Assembly (NCBI GenBank): GCA_964016885.1
Contig: OZ024740.1
Location: 175,646,001-175,710,000 of the forward strand
Direction: 5' to 3'
Source: Eledone cirrhosa
Taxonomy: Eukaryota
Length of the DNA stretch: 64,000 nt
Shown here: positions 1 to 11,644 of the stretch, piece by piece
Layout of the letters: every line of letters begins with the position of its first letter
How positions within the stretch are numbered: position 1 is the stretch's first letter
Notes under the pieces: model-generated
Seen by the model: the letters and a program-made list of their open reading frames with translations, nothing else
Told to the model about the DNA's origin: nothing
Databases searched by the model: none
Translations under genes and position numbers: made by a program

Positions 1-213
1 AAGCTCAAACTTGAAAAGACCCCGCACTCTCTAGTCTGGTCTGTGGTTAGAAAGGTTCCCTCAGACAGAGGTGGGTCTGGTATATGCAACCTCTGTCTTA
101 GGGAGACACTTGAGATACTTCATGGCGGAACCAAGCTATTAAACAGAGGGGCGGACTTATTCGGCGCCTGCAGACACCTAAGAACGGGAACTTTCCTCAA
201 GCTATATGGATAA
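1..213 (+). pseudogene. C-terminal end of Penelope-like (Naiad-type) GIY-YIG endonuclease, cut by window edge
   Basis: Frame 1 reads KLKLEKTPHSLVWSVVRK...GICNLCLRETLEILHGGTKLLNRGADLFGACRH...*. The W..CNLC..E..LLN..CxH pattern matches the EN ends of the PLEs at 21.7, 35.3 and 58.9 kb. Confidence 0.85.
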
Positions 214-783
214 ACCCCGGTTCTGCTCCCTCCTCCCCTTGTAGGTCCCCTACACCCCGTACCAATGACCAATGGACTACAACCACCCATAGTTTGTGGT
301 CCCTACGGTGGATTGTCCACCGGATCCTCTTCTGGTTAGGAGGCAACAAAACCTCGTTTATTGAACCTGAGGACCCCCCCCCCCCGGGAGTGGCCCACAC
401 AGGAAGAACATTCATACCAAGGTACTAACCCTATACACATGAATGAATGCCCGCAACCGTACAAAGTCCTCAATTTAAGATTGACTTGTAGTATCGAATT
501 TCATACTATAAACCCCAATTGAATATATATCTGACCAGGAATACTTTTTGTGAAAATTAGTCATATGGAACTATTGTCATCTTGCCTGATGGTTTAAACT
601 TTACAACACCACCTGCCTCTTTGAGGTCAAATACCAACCCTACTAGCATCTACAAACTGACCAATGAGAATTAAGATTATTCCTGCTGACAACATTAAAT
701 TATTCCTAACAAGCTCATATGTCCCAAGGCTCTGATACAATCAACACCATAAACACAGAGCTGGCATATCTAAGAACTAACTA

Positions 784-839
784 ACTGCCTGATGAGGTCA
801 TAGCCATTCAATGGCTATCATCGAAATATATATAGCAGT
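784..839 (+). ncRNA. Type I hammerhead ribozyme in the 3' pLTR of the PLE
   Basis: actgc-CTGATGA-stem II (atagccatt/aatggctat)-GAAA-tatata-TA-gcagt. Stem I is actgc/gcagt, followed by aataaa and (TA)n. Confidence 0.85.
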
Positions 840-959
840 AAATAAAGGATTATGAGTTCATGCAATTGACTTGTTTCGTCACTATATATATATATATATA
901 TATATATGATTGAGCTCTGTTGTTACAATTAAGTATAATGAAAAATTAGAAATTAGAAG

Positions 960-1900
960 TTAGGATTATCCATCATCAGTTGTCTACTAGGCATCATAAG
1001 CATTTCTTCACGTTAGAGACAAGATACCTCAGCCTAGGGCGAAACAATAACTAAACTAAGTTATTGGGATAAAAAGAAGAGGGTGGAAAAAGAGAAAGAC
1101 ATGTAAACAAACACGATAGGTGAAGCAGCGTAAAGAGAGGAAAAAAGGAAAAAATCAAGTCAATAATTCATTTTGAACATAAGAACGGGGGAATTTTGAC
1201 GAGAAGAAAAAGACAACGTCTTGACCGTACGAGTGTGAGCGAGAAGAAAGACTGCGTATAGTGTTGGACGATGGAGGAAGTGAGAGAGAGGGTGAGTAGC
1301 AGATAGTGAGTGAGTGAAAGTGCGAGGAAGAGGCTAGACGAGAGAGGGTGACTAGCAGAGGGGGTGAGTGAAAGTAAGAGGGAGAAGGAGAGAGAGAAGG
1401 GGGGGGGGATATATATATATATAATTTCCCCCGCTGTGACCCGTCGATTTCGTTCATACTGCTTCCTCTTTCTCTGTATCTTTACCCTCTCTAACAGTCA
1501 CTCTCTCTGTTAGCCTCTTCATCACCCTTCACCCACTCACTCTCTGGTACTACCTCTCCTACTTCCTTCCGTTTGACCTGTGCGTAATTCTTTTCTCTCG
1601 CACACTTGGCCAGGCTGGTTCCCCTTTTCTCTCTCTCGTTTACGATTTCACAGTACTTATGTTCACCGAATTCACAGACTGGACTCCTTCTTCCTCCCGT
1701 TTGACCTGTGCGGAATTCCTTCCTTGCTCACATTTCGACTAGGTTTGATGGTTTGTATTCTCTCTCGTTCACGATTTCACCGAACTTATATTCATGGAAA
1801 TCTGGGACTTGACTCTTTCTTCCTCACTTTTCATTGCTTTACCATCTTTGTTTTTTTACACTCTCGCTCGTTCCCCTTATTTACGTGTCCCAACGACTTT
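960..1900. repeat. Two back-to-back copies of a pyrimidine-rich dispersed repeat (probable PLE 3' UTR family)
   Basis: 960-1410 (-) and 1425-1900 (+) both resemble 31875-32340 (+) and, more weakly, 61190-61665 (-). Shared words include cccaataactta and ttcctcccgt(c/t)tgacctgtg. There is an internal ~128 bp duplication at 1563-1820. Confidence 0.55.
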
Positions 1901-1996
1901 CTTTAGCCGTTGCTCGCACCAACCGGAGGTATATGATCTTTAAAGCGATGAAATAACAATGATGGTTGGAAGATCACTGATGAAGGACTAACTTTA

Positions 1997-2043
<47 letters not shown>

Positions 2044-2142
2044 AAGGTTCTCCATGAGTACACATAAATGCAATATCAGTCCCACAAAGGCACCTTTATG
2101 CTAGAGGTCTGTCTTCGGAGAATCAGTCCACAAGGTATCAAG

Positions 2143-2186
<44 letters not shown>

Positions 2187-2286
2187 ATTTATACGTACTT
2201 ATATAACTAGATAGATATATCCATAAATATATATATTTCGCTGGGTGCGTGTACATGTATGAATGTATGTATGTTGTATGTATGTA

Positions 2287-2369
<83 letters not shown>

Positions 2370-2384
2370 TTATTTATTTATTTG

Positions 2385-2720
2385 AAAAGGGAGTAAGGTT
2401 CTATACAAAACAGTCGTTAAAGAGAAAAGGTGGAATTGGAAATAGTACGGAAAATATATTTAAGGATCTGTTTTTCTTTTTCTCTTCTTTGATTCGTTAT
2501 TGAAAAAATAAGAGGGACAATTCTTTAAAACAAAAAAGAGATTTATAATGTATATGAAATATATAAAATATAACCGGTTTCGATCTATCAGGGAAATCTA
2601 TCAAATGTTGAGTATTACAATTAAAAAGAATTAAATATTAAAGATTTAAAATTAAGTGTTGAGGCAGGTTTGTTCATCTTTCCTGTTGAGAAGAAGGTTG
2701 GATCTAAAATGGAAACTTAT
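2385..2720 (-). mobile_element. 5'-truncated PLE 3' end with degenerate hammerhead
   Basis: Minus strand encodes ...SNLLLNRKDEQTCLNT*, resembling the GIY-YIG terminal LN.K.E motif. It is followed by aacat-TTGATAGA-...-GAAA-ccg-GTT-atatt at 2567-2609. Confidence 0.55.
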
Positions 2721-2731
2721 ATACGTGTGTT

Positions 2732-2851
<120 letters not shown>

Positions 2852-3219
2852 CGTGTGTGTGTGTGTGTACGTATGCACACTTACATTTATGTATCAGCTG
2901 TGCTAGGGCGAGAAATGAAATTCTAATTTTATTTTTAGTTTCCGGCACGGTCAGCCGTAACTCGCTCGGTATGCAAATGAGGCTACTCAACCGATGTGCA
3001 CTTAAGAAAATACTATATATTTTCAACCGTTCAACAGACTGGCAGAGGTATGCAGTCATGGTGAAGGGTAGTGACCCAAAAACATGTTGATTGTTCCTCA
3101 ATTCCAGTGTTCAACAAACGGATGATTTGTCCTCGGCACGGAATAGCTTTAATCCGGCCGTTTGTTTACAAACGAATCGAATATTATTATTAATGTTCGA
3201 TATAAGCGATACGTATATA

Positions 3220-3269
<50 letters not shown>

Positions 3270-3272
<3 letters not shown>

Positions 3273-4526
3273 GGGTTGGACAAAATAATGGAAACACCTA
3301 GCATCATAGCATCGTAATTTTGAAATATCTATAAAACCGTCAAAAGCTTGTTTATTTTTATGTTTTTTTTTATTTATTATTAGTGTTGCTTAATATGTTT
3401 TGCTAAAATTGCTGTTTCTTTTCAGATATCATCAGAAAAAGGTAATTAAAATTCATTAAAATGACAGATCCATCGGACTTTCAAAGAGGTCAAATTGTTG
3501 GGGCTCGTATGGCAGGCGCTAGCGTAACGAAAACAGCCGAAATGTTTGGTGTATCACGAAGTACTGTCTCAAAAGTAATGACAGCCTTTGAGAAAGAGGG
3601 AAAAACCTCTTCGTCGAAACAAAACTCCGGAAGAAAACCAAAATTCCAGATAGGGACCGTTGGACTCTTACGCGAATTGTTAGAAAGGATCACAAAAGTA
3701 CAGCTCCCAAAATTACTGCAGAGATTAATGACCACCTCGAGAACCCAGTTTCCACAAAAACTGATCGCCGGATTTCACGGGAGGGCTGCAATCAGAAAAC
3801 CACTACTTTCAAAAATAAATGTTGCAAAGCGTTTAAAGTGGAGTAAAAACCTACAGAATTGGTCCCTAGAGCAGTGGAAGAATGTTATTTTCTCGGACGA
3901 GTCATCATTTACCTTATTTCCGACCACCGGCCGAGTATACGAGTGGAGTCAGCCAAAAGAAGCATTTAACCCAGACTGCCTTATTCTAACTGTTAAACAT
4001 GGAGGAGGATCTGTGATAATCTGGGGGGGGGTGGGGGGGGCTATATCTTGGAAATCCGCCGACCCAATGGTTTCCCTTCATGGCAGAATTAATAGTCAGG
4101 ACTATTTAAGCATTTTATCTGATCAAATTCATCCTATGGTTGCGGAACTGTTTCCGCAGGGAAACGCAATCTTTCAGGATGATAATGCACCAATTCACAC
4201 AGCTAAAGTTGTTACTGAATGGCACGAGGAACATTCTAGTGAAGTTGAACATCTTATCTGGCCCCACAGTCCCCAGATCTCAATATTATTGAACATTTAT
4301 GGTGCATTTAAAAAAAACAAGTAAGGAGTCCTCCACCATCATCACTACAAGAACTGGAGACTGTTTTAGCTGAACAATGGACAAAAATTCCTTTGGAAAC
4401 AATTCAAACTTTGTACGAGTCGATACCTCGTAGAATTCAAGCTGTAATTACTGCCAAAGGCGGTCCTACCCTATATTAAAATTAATTTTTTGAAATTTTA
4501 AGGTGTTTCCATTTTTTGTCCAACCC

Positions 4527-4529
<3 letters not shown>
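3270..4529 (+). mobile_element. Tc1-family DNA transposon, full length (~1.26 kb), inserted in (TA)n
   Basis: TIRs caggggttggacaaaataatggaaacacct / aggtgtttccattttttgtccaacccctg with TA flanks. Confidence 0.95.
3461..4479 (+). pseudogene. Tc1 transposase, frameshifted
   Basis: HTH region MTDPSDFQRGQIVGAR...VSRSTVSKV, then FSDES, KHGGGSVIIWG and FQDDNAPIH. DLNIIEHLW lies in a shifted frame. Ends ...AKGGPTLY*. Confidence 0.92.
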
Positions 4530-4595
<66 letters not shown>

Positions 4596-5235
4596 CTTAC
4601 ATTTATGTATCAGCTCTTGTTAGGGCGAGAAATCAAATTCTAATTTTATATATATATATATATATATATTACTGATATATATATTCTATTGTGTGACGTC
4701 AGTAATATAGATATAGATACAGGGTTTTCTTTTCCCCATCACTGAATAGTTGACATTAAAAATACACGTTGTTTTTCTTCTCTGGTCTATTGCTGATGTC
4801 AGTAATATACTTTGATCTTTGTTTCATGTCATACAAATCAATAATGGTTTCTCACATTGGCACAATACCACATATTTCATAACATGTTTGGGTTATATAA
4901 CTGATTACTATTACCATTTCATTTTATGAGTGGTATTTAAGTTATTGATACACACATTCTGCAGGAAAAGGATTCAAACTCTCATTTCCTGTTGTGTTCA
5001 AACTGTAAACGGGTGATAGTTTAGTTTATGGGATTGCATGTAACTCTTCTCTAGCCAATTTTGTGTGGCTCTTACAGAGGACCGCGTAGCTATTTTTAGG
5101 TTTGTGTATGTAGGTTTTAAAGAAAAGAAGCATCGCACATACGCATAGAGCACACACAAACAAACAACCATACATAAGTATTCTCATATATATATATGTA
5201 TATATACATATATACATATATATCATATATATATA

Positions 5236-5272
<37 letters not shown>

Positions 5273-6243
5273 TAACTCACTCAAATTTGAAATTTGAAAT
5301 GCTGTCGTCCCAACACAAATGATTATAATTATAGTCGAACGTTATTAATAATAGTCTCGATTGCTACTTTACCAGATTTTTTTCAACTATTATTTACAGT
5401 GATCAACTAAAATTTTAGTCATATACGTCGAGATGACTACATAGAGAAAGAGAAATAACAAAAGTGTTAAAATGACAAAAAATATTTTTTATATACACTT
5501 TTGGGTGGGGGAGGGGGGGGGACTGTAACCCCCGCTACTCCGCGATTCCTATCTCAGATGTTCTATTTTTTTATTTTATTTTATTAAATTACCAATATGG
5601 TATTATAATAATTTCTGATATGATAAAGGGCAAAAAATTGCAATGAGTAGAAAAACGTTGGCTAAAATCGTGTTTTAATGCATTTATTTTACTTTATATT
5701 AAATTATGCGACTCCGATCGTCGTAAAGCTAGACAAAAGTTCTTTTGATTAAAAAGTTTCCCACCTCTGCTCTAACCTGTGCAATGATTTCATGATTTAC
5801 ATTATACAGATGTGCATTCAAATCATTCTCCCGCTCAATGCCGATGACAGTACATGCTACGTTACCTTTTGTTCAGGCAGTTGACACACACACATATATT
5901 TATATAAATATACATAAATAGGGCTGCTCATTTCTTTGAGGATATTTTTATGAATTAAGAAAAAGATCTGAAGTTATGAAAGAAGAGGTTTATTTAAGTA
6001 GGAAATTAGCATAAATTGCGACTCTTCTTGACGCAACTACTAAATGCCTCTAAGACAACACTTAGAGCGAGCCTTTTCATTTACTGAGTTAGCCCGACGC
6101 CTGCCATCATATATTTGAAAATGAATAATAATCAGAGCAACGTAGAAACATATTAGAGCTGTTACGTATTCTCAAAGAACTGTGCAACCCTGCATGCACA
6201 CACAGAGACAGGGACACACAGACACAAACACAACCCCCCCCCC

Positions 6244-6351
<108 letters not shown>

Positions 6352-6387
6352 TATAAATATATACCGAAGTAGAGTTTATATAATGTT

Positions 6388-6435
6388 CTTGTCTGATGAC
6401 CAAGTGATACACAGGCGAAACTCAAGAGTTAAAAA
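6388..6435 (+). ncRNA. Hammerhead ribozyme motif (stem I degenerate) between microsatellites
   Basis: CTGATGA-ccaagtgatacacaggc-GAAA-ctcaaga-GTT; stems I and II are imperfect. Confidence 0.55.
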
Positions 6436-7088
6436 CTCAATATTTAGCCTTAATAAATTGAGTATATATATACATATATAAACACACACAGGCACGTACT
6501 CTTACACTCACATGCACACAGCCTCACGTGCATACACACATACACGCATACAATATATACATAAAGGTATAAATGAAATATTTCATAATCATCATCTTAT
6601 AAAGTTTGGCTTAGACCTCCTTCTTGCAATTGCGGTATAAGCAGGCGAATATCATCGCAACAGCGATAGTAAAGGCGTCAAAAGTTAAAGTATAGGTAAA
6701 CTTTAAAACTGGAATCCGACTTCAGATCGGAAAATAAAATATTCTGCCAGATTTGCCGCCAACTTTATAATATAAAGTCCTCCGTACTGCCTATCAGGAA
6801 CGCGTGTGACTAGGAATTCTTGCTTTCAGGAACGTAAAGTGTAGAGAATACATTACCGATTTCCTAAATCCGGTGACAACAGCATCTGATGTACATGAGC
6901 AGCATTTGTGAGCGATGACTAGCTTCTCGGATGCTGATGTCACAAGAGCAATTAAAGAGCTCAATTGATGCAAGGCCTTTGTGGAGCATGAAATTTGGAT
7001 TGTGAAGGTATTCTCTGGCTGACTCGTGTAGTCTGGATCTTTGTAAAGAACCTAGGCAAAGGGAAATGGGAGATATAACCCCGTTTAC

Positions 7089-7129
<41 letters not shown>

Positions 7130-7137
<8 letters not shown>

Positions 7138-7302
7138 TAGGAATAACCAAAGAGTGCTTAGAAATACATTGTTTTATTAGCTAACAGTGTTTCATCCATA
7201 CACCATGGCAGGAATCATTCCTGCCATGGTGTATGGATGAAACACTGTTAGCTAATAAAACAATGTATTTCTAAGCACTCTTTGGTTATTCCTATAACTA
7301 TA
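7130..7302. repeat. Perfect fold-back palindrome (~86 bp arms, 1-nt loop at 7216) derived from an HHR-bearing pLTR end
   Basis: The right arm attcctgccatggtgtatggatGAAAcactGTTagctaataaaa and its continuation tataacggctct match the HHR element at 61903-62010. Confidence 0.9.
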
Positions 7303-7560
7303 ACGGCTCTATAGTATACTAGTTATCCTACATTGAACTAAAACCACACTGTCATACCAAGGGCTATATATCTGCATGTCTGGGCATATTGATATATTTG
7401 TCAACGAAATATATATATAGATATATATACATAGCCGCCGAAACGGTTTGAGCTCTGCCGCCTGGGTCTTGAACATTTTCCTATTACCCACTCTACTACC
7501 CTAACTATTGAGTACTCTGGTGCGTTATGGTACACCTGGTTAATTACCACACTTCCTTCG

Positions 7561-7597
<37 letters not shown>

Positions 7598-7604
<7 letters not shown>

Positions 7605-8268
7605 GACGTAAAATAAGAAAGTTTTCAAACTTAAAAATTAACTTACTTACTAAAATTTTCACTCCAACTAATTAGTTTCTTTAATGGGATAAAGATAGTT
7701 ACGCAATGTAACCATCGAGAATTCATTACGTCATCAGGGAGTCTATTCTCAGCTAAGTCTCCAGGCAATGCGCGGACACTAGGGACTCATATAAAAATAA
7801 TAATTCATTGGATGGAACAGCTAGCGGGGACTAAATTCCATAGCACTGAAAAAGTTCACTGGCTCTGGTCAAGTGGCAGATTCTAAAGAATCAATCACGT
7901 GACACTGAGGCTAGTCAGAAGGAGTGGGATGGTATAATGACAAGAGCTTACTACTACTACAATGACTTAGTAGTGGATTTGGCAAGTTTGCTCAACAAAT
8001 AAATAATTTGGAGATAAATATAGAGAATTAGTATATTTACCAACATATGCGTACAGATGTACACTAATGCTAGAAAATACACAAGTTATGTCATAGTACC
8101 TAGGTGGTTCAATGCAGGAGGATGCAGAACAATTATATGAAAGACATAAAATAAGAAAATTTAAAAAATTAAAAATTAACTTACTTACTAAAATTTTCAC
8201 TAAAATTTTCACATTACAGAAAATAATTAGTTGGAGTGAAAATTTTAGTAAGTAAGTTAATTTTTAAT
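7598..8268 (-). mobile_element. ORF-less retrozyme-like unit (~540 bp period) with HHR, terminal direct repeat and 5' inverted piece
   Basis: Direct repeat atatgaaagac.taaaataagaaaa...aattaacttacttactaaaattttcact at 7598 and 8136; inverted copy at 8225-8268. Confidence 0.8.
7661..7742 (-). ncRNA. Type I hammerhead ribozyme with long stem II region
   Basis: Minus strand actcc-CTGATGA-(~50 nt)-GAAA-ctaatta-GTT-ggagt. Confidence 0.75.
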
Positions 8269-8281
8269 ACATAGACGAATG

Positions 8282-8322
<41 letters not shown>

Positions 8323-9575
8323 CTCCCCTTTTGACAAGATAGCTTGCTTCAATTATAAAGAGATATTCTTGTTAAGCCTCTCTGTTTATATCTATGCTAA
8401 GTGTCTGGTGAAGAGATGCAGGTATATTGTCGAGCCGATGCAACACGGCCCATCAAATACTCCCACTGCAGAGGGTCTTTGAGAAATCGCAGGAGCTTTA
8501 CCAAGAATTCTATGCTTGTTTCGAAGGCCTTGAAAAAGTATATGACCGCGTTCCACGAGATATGATGCGAAATGTTTGCAGGAGTATGGGATATACCAAT
8601 GTCCTAATATTTGTATTCGGATAAATGGAACTAAATCTAAAACATTCAATATAGGAGTCGTACTCCGCCAAGGCTGCGTACTCTCATCTCTCCTGTTAAT
8701 GACCTTCAGGAACAGGATTGGCATGCACAACCGGACTCCAAGTGATATCAAGACTTATGGGTATAGGATCAGCTGGCTGGAATTTGTGGACGAGATGGTA
8801 TTACTTATCTTGTCAGAAGTGATCTCCGACATGCATTTGATAGGTTTGTTGCCGAGTGCTGCATGGCTGGAATGAAAATGAGTGCTGCAAAGACTGAATC
8901 ACTCGTCCTCTCAAGGAATTCTGCGTATTGCACACTCTATGGGAGTGAAGACCCACTGAAGGAGGAAGAGAAGTTCAGATATTTCGGGCCCGTGTACACG
9001 AGTAATAGAAGGTATGAGGCTGAACTAAGTACAAGAATTGCAGGAGTTGATGCTCTAATGCGCCAGCTTCTACATTCGGTCATTAGAAGCAAATGTAAGT
9101 GTAAAAGCCAAACTCGTAATCGATCGAGAAATACAACGAGGTTCCTCCGAAGGATTTTTAGAATAACGTTACTCGATAGAGTGCCTAGCCCGGAGATCAG
9201 AGAGTTGCTCCAGGTAGAGCCGCTACTCCTATGAATTGTAATGTCACAGCTCTAGTAGTACGGACATGTGTTTAGTATTTTACGAACAAAAACCAGCCGG
9301 TAGGAGGCACAGGGTTTGAAGACCCCGTGCATAATGGTTGGATAGTATTCAGGAGCTCGGTTGGTCTCGCTCAAGAATCCAGCCAGATCCATTGGAGCTG
9401 ATTTCGTCTCACAGGACCCGGTGGAAAGCATGCTTGACGAATCTGCCGCACGACCCTCCCATGCATAAGTGGGCAAAGAAGAAGAAGAAGAAGTAGAGGA
9501 AGAAGATCGTCTTAATATGTAAACACGTGCTATTATTAACATCTATATATGTCCGCGCATGTGTAATAATATATG

Positions 9576-9615
<40 letters not shown>

Positions 9616-10215
9616 CACACACACACATGTCAACCATATACATACATAGCGGGTGGAAGTAGATTACATAATCGAAGGCATAAAGTCATTTCCCATCAAT
9701 ATTTTTTAAGGAAAGCAATCTATTACGACTGAACCACAGAATTTTTGGCATGAAAATTATGGGATATCGATTTAAAAGTCAGTCGATCTCATCTATCTAA
9801 ACTATTTCAACCAATAGTATAAAAAGAATGAAAATAATATAAATTAAAATAAAATAGACTTTCTCTCGTTACAAAAAACAAACTAACAATAAAACTAGAA
9901 ATATAATCTAATGCAAGACATACATAATAAATATATAACTACACAAATAAATACAAGAAATCTCCGCTAACAGACTGGCCATTATCGATATGTTAGAACT
10001 GGCCGACCAATATCGATCAGAAAGCGAAATGAATCTGTGAAAAACCTCATGTGAATAAAATAGCGGTAAAAGGAAGCCGAATGAAAAGTTGTTTGTGAAG
10101 AAAAGTGATATTATGTAAGTGGAAAATCACTGGTAGAAGGCAAATGAAAGAATCACATAATTTGGGTGTGTCTATACATGATATATGTATGAACACATTC
10201 GTCTATGTATGTATG

Positions 10216-10249
<34 letters not shown>

Positions 10250-10250
10250 T

Positions 10251-10742
10251 GTTTTCTCTTTCTCTTAATTTCGAGTATATTTTTTTGACCGGCCACCTTC
10301 CTGGTGGCAAGGTTGTAAAAGAAAAGAAATTGTCATCCCTTGAATCGCAAGAATGTTTTGCATATTTTGAAGGTGCCAGCTATCGCAGCCATTTGTAGAC
10401 TATGAATTAGGGAGCTGCGCTTTTTGTCCGCAAATCCAAGTTCGGTCATACTTTGGTCCAAGCGGGTTGGTATATAACCCGTAGCACCAATAATGATGCG
10501 TATGAAGCTAAAGGTGTATCTTGGATACTGGATTTGTAAGCTCCTCATCAATGGTCCGTAGATGTCCTCCTCCTGTATTTTTCTGACAACGTTTACATCA
10601 AGTGGGCAGCTGATCTCCACAACAGAACACGTTTTCAATGTGTGGTCCCAAACTACAATATCAGGCCGGTTGTGCTTTAATTTGGTGGCAGTTTTTATTT
10701 TCAGATTCCACCAGTATTCCTTAGTGCCATCTGTCTCATAAA
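10251..10742 (-). mobile_element. 3' fragment of R4/Dong-like non-LTR retrotransposon (restriction-like endonuclease)
   Basis: WWNLKIKTATKLKHNRPDIVVWD...VVEISCP...IIIGATG carries the RPD...E RLE motif. Flanked on both sides by (TATG)n. Confidence 0.85.
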
Positions 10743-11046
10743 TTATGTATGTATGTATGTATGTATGTATGTATGTATGTATGTATGTATGTATGTATGT
10801 ATGTATGTATGTATGTATGTATGTTTGTAAGTGTGTGTGTATATGTGTATGCATGTATGTATGTATGCCTGTACACTCTATATGTGTGTCCCTGTATGTA
10901 TGTATGTTTGTATGTATGCATGTATGCCTGTATGTACGTATGTATCTAAGCACGTATGTATGTATATGTATGTATGCACGTATCTATGTATGTATGCATG
11001 TATGCATGTATGTATGTGTCTATGTGTGTATGTATGTATGTATGTA

Positions 11047-11108
11047 CTCTGATGAAGGACTAGCGTCCGAAACGTTAAGACCCTCTTCCTGCTATATCAA
11101 GCGTTAAC
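11047..11108 (+). ncRNA. Minimal hammerhead ribozyme module (copy 1)
   Basis: CTGATGA-aggactagcgtcc-GAAA-cgtt-aaga; the module is nearly identical to 31561-31625. Confidence 0.75.
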
Positions 11109-11164
11109 CTAATATCTACTTTCCATATACTGTACCGATTGTGTTGTTATTTCTATTTACCTTT

Positions 11165-11235
<71 letters not shown>

Positions 11236-11382
11236 CTATGTATGTATGGATAGATGTTTGTATGGATGGATGTATACATTCATACATACATGTATGTATA
11301 AATGTATGTATGTGCGTACACATGTGTGCGTGCATTAATGTGAGCGTTTTATGCATGATCTGATGAAGCCGATAACGGAATA

Positions 11383-11412
11383 AAGTTCGAAGTCCCTTTT
11401 AACCGTTTCTTT

Positions 11413-11493
<81 letters not shown>

Positions 11494-11548
11494 GGGGGGG
11501 GTATGTGTATATATTAAGAAAGAAACGGCTAAAAGAGACTTCGGACTT

Positions 11549-11550
<2 letters not shown>
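11383..11550. repeat. ~36-bp inverted repeats bracketing a TA/TG microsatellite
   Basis: aaagttcgaagtcccttttaaccgtttctttcttta ... taagaaagaaacggctaaaagagacttcggacttta, preceded by CTGATGA at 11360. Confidence 0.7.

Positions 11551-11644
<94 letters not shown>

Larger units (their letters stand above)
2868..4650 (+). mobile_element. Retrozyme-like non-autonomous unit with terminal direct repeat, interrupted by Tc1
   Basis: The repeat acttacatttatgtatcagct...agggcgagaaat.aaattctaatttta occurs at ~2878 and ~4595. The body is homologous to the 424-bp unit at 29169-29875. Degenerate HHR cagtc-ATGGTGA-agggtagtgaccc-AAAA-cat-GTT-gattg at ~3053-3092. Confidence 0.75.
6835..9505 (+). mobile_element. 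Decayed RTE-clade LINE reverse transcriptase, split by a 1.2-kb TA/HHR insertion cluster (7090-8320)
   Basis: 5' part reads EYITDFLNP...DVTRAIKEL..KA...GILWLTRV. It resumes at 8330 with DKIACFNYKEIFLLSL, LEKVYDRVPR, GVVLRQGCVLSSLL, LEFVDEMVL and RFLRRIFRITLLDRV. (GAA)n tail at ~9477-9505. Confidence 0.85.

Noticed and set aside
7130-7302. Palindromes as MITEs or pre-miRNAs
   Set aside because: They have no TSD/TIR family signature, the arms are asymmetric extensions of HHR-bearing retroelement ends found unpaired elsewhere (e.g. 61903, 48841, 61040), and the stems are too long and perfect for miRNA precursors.
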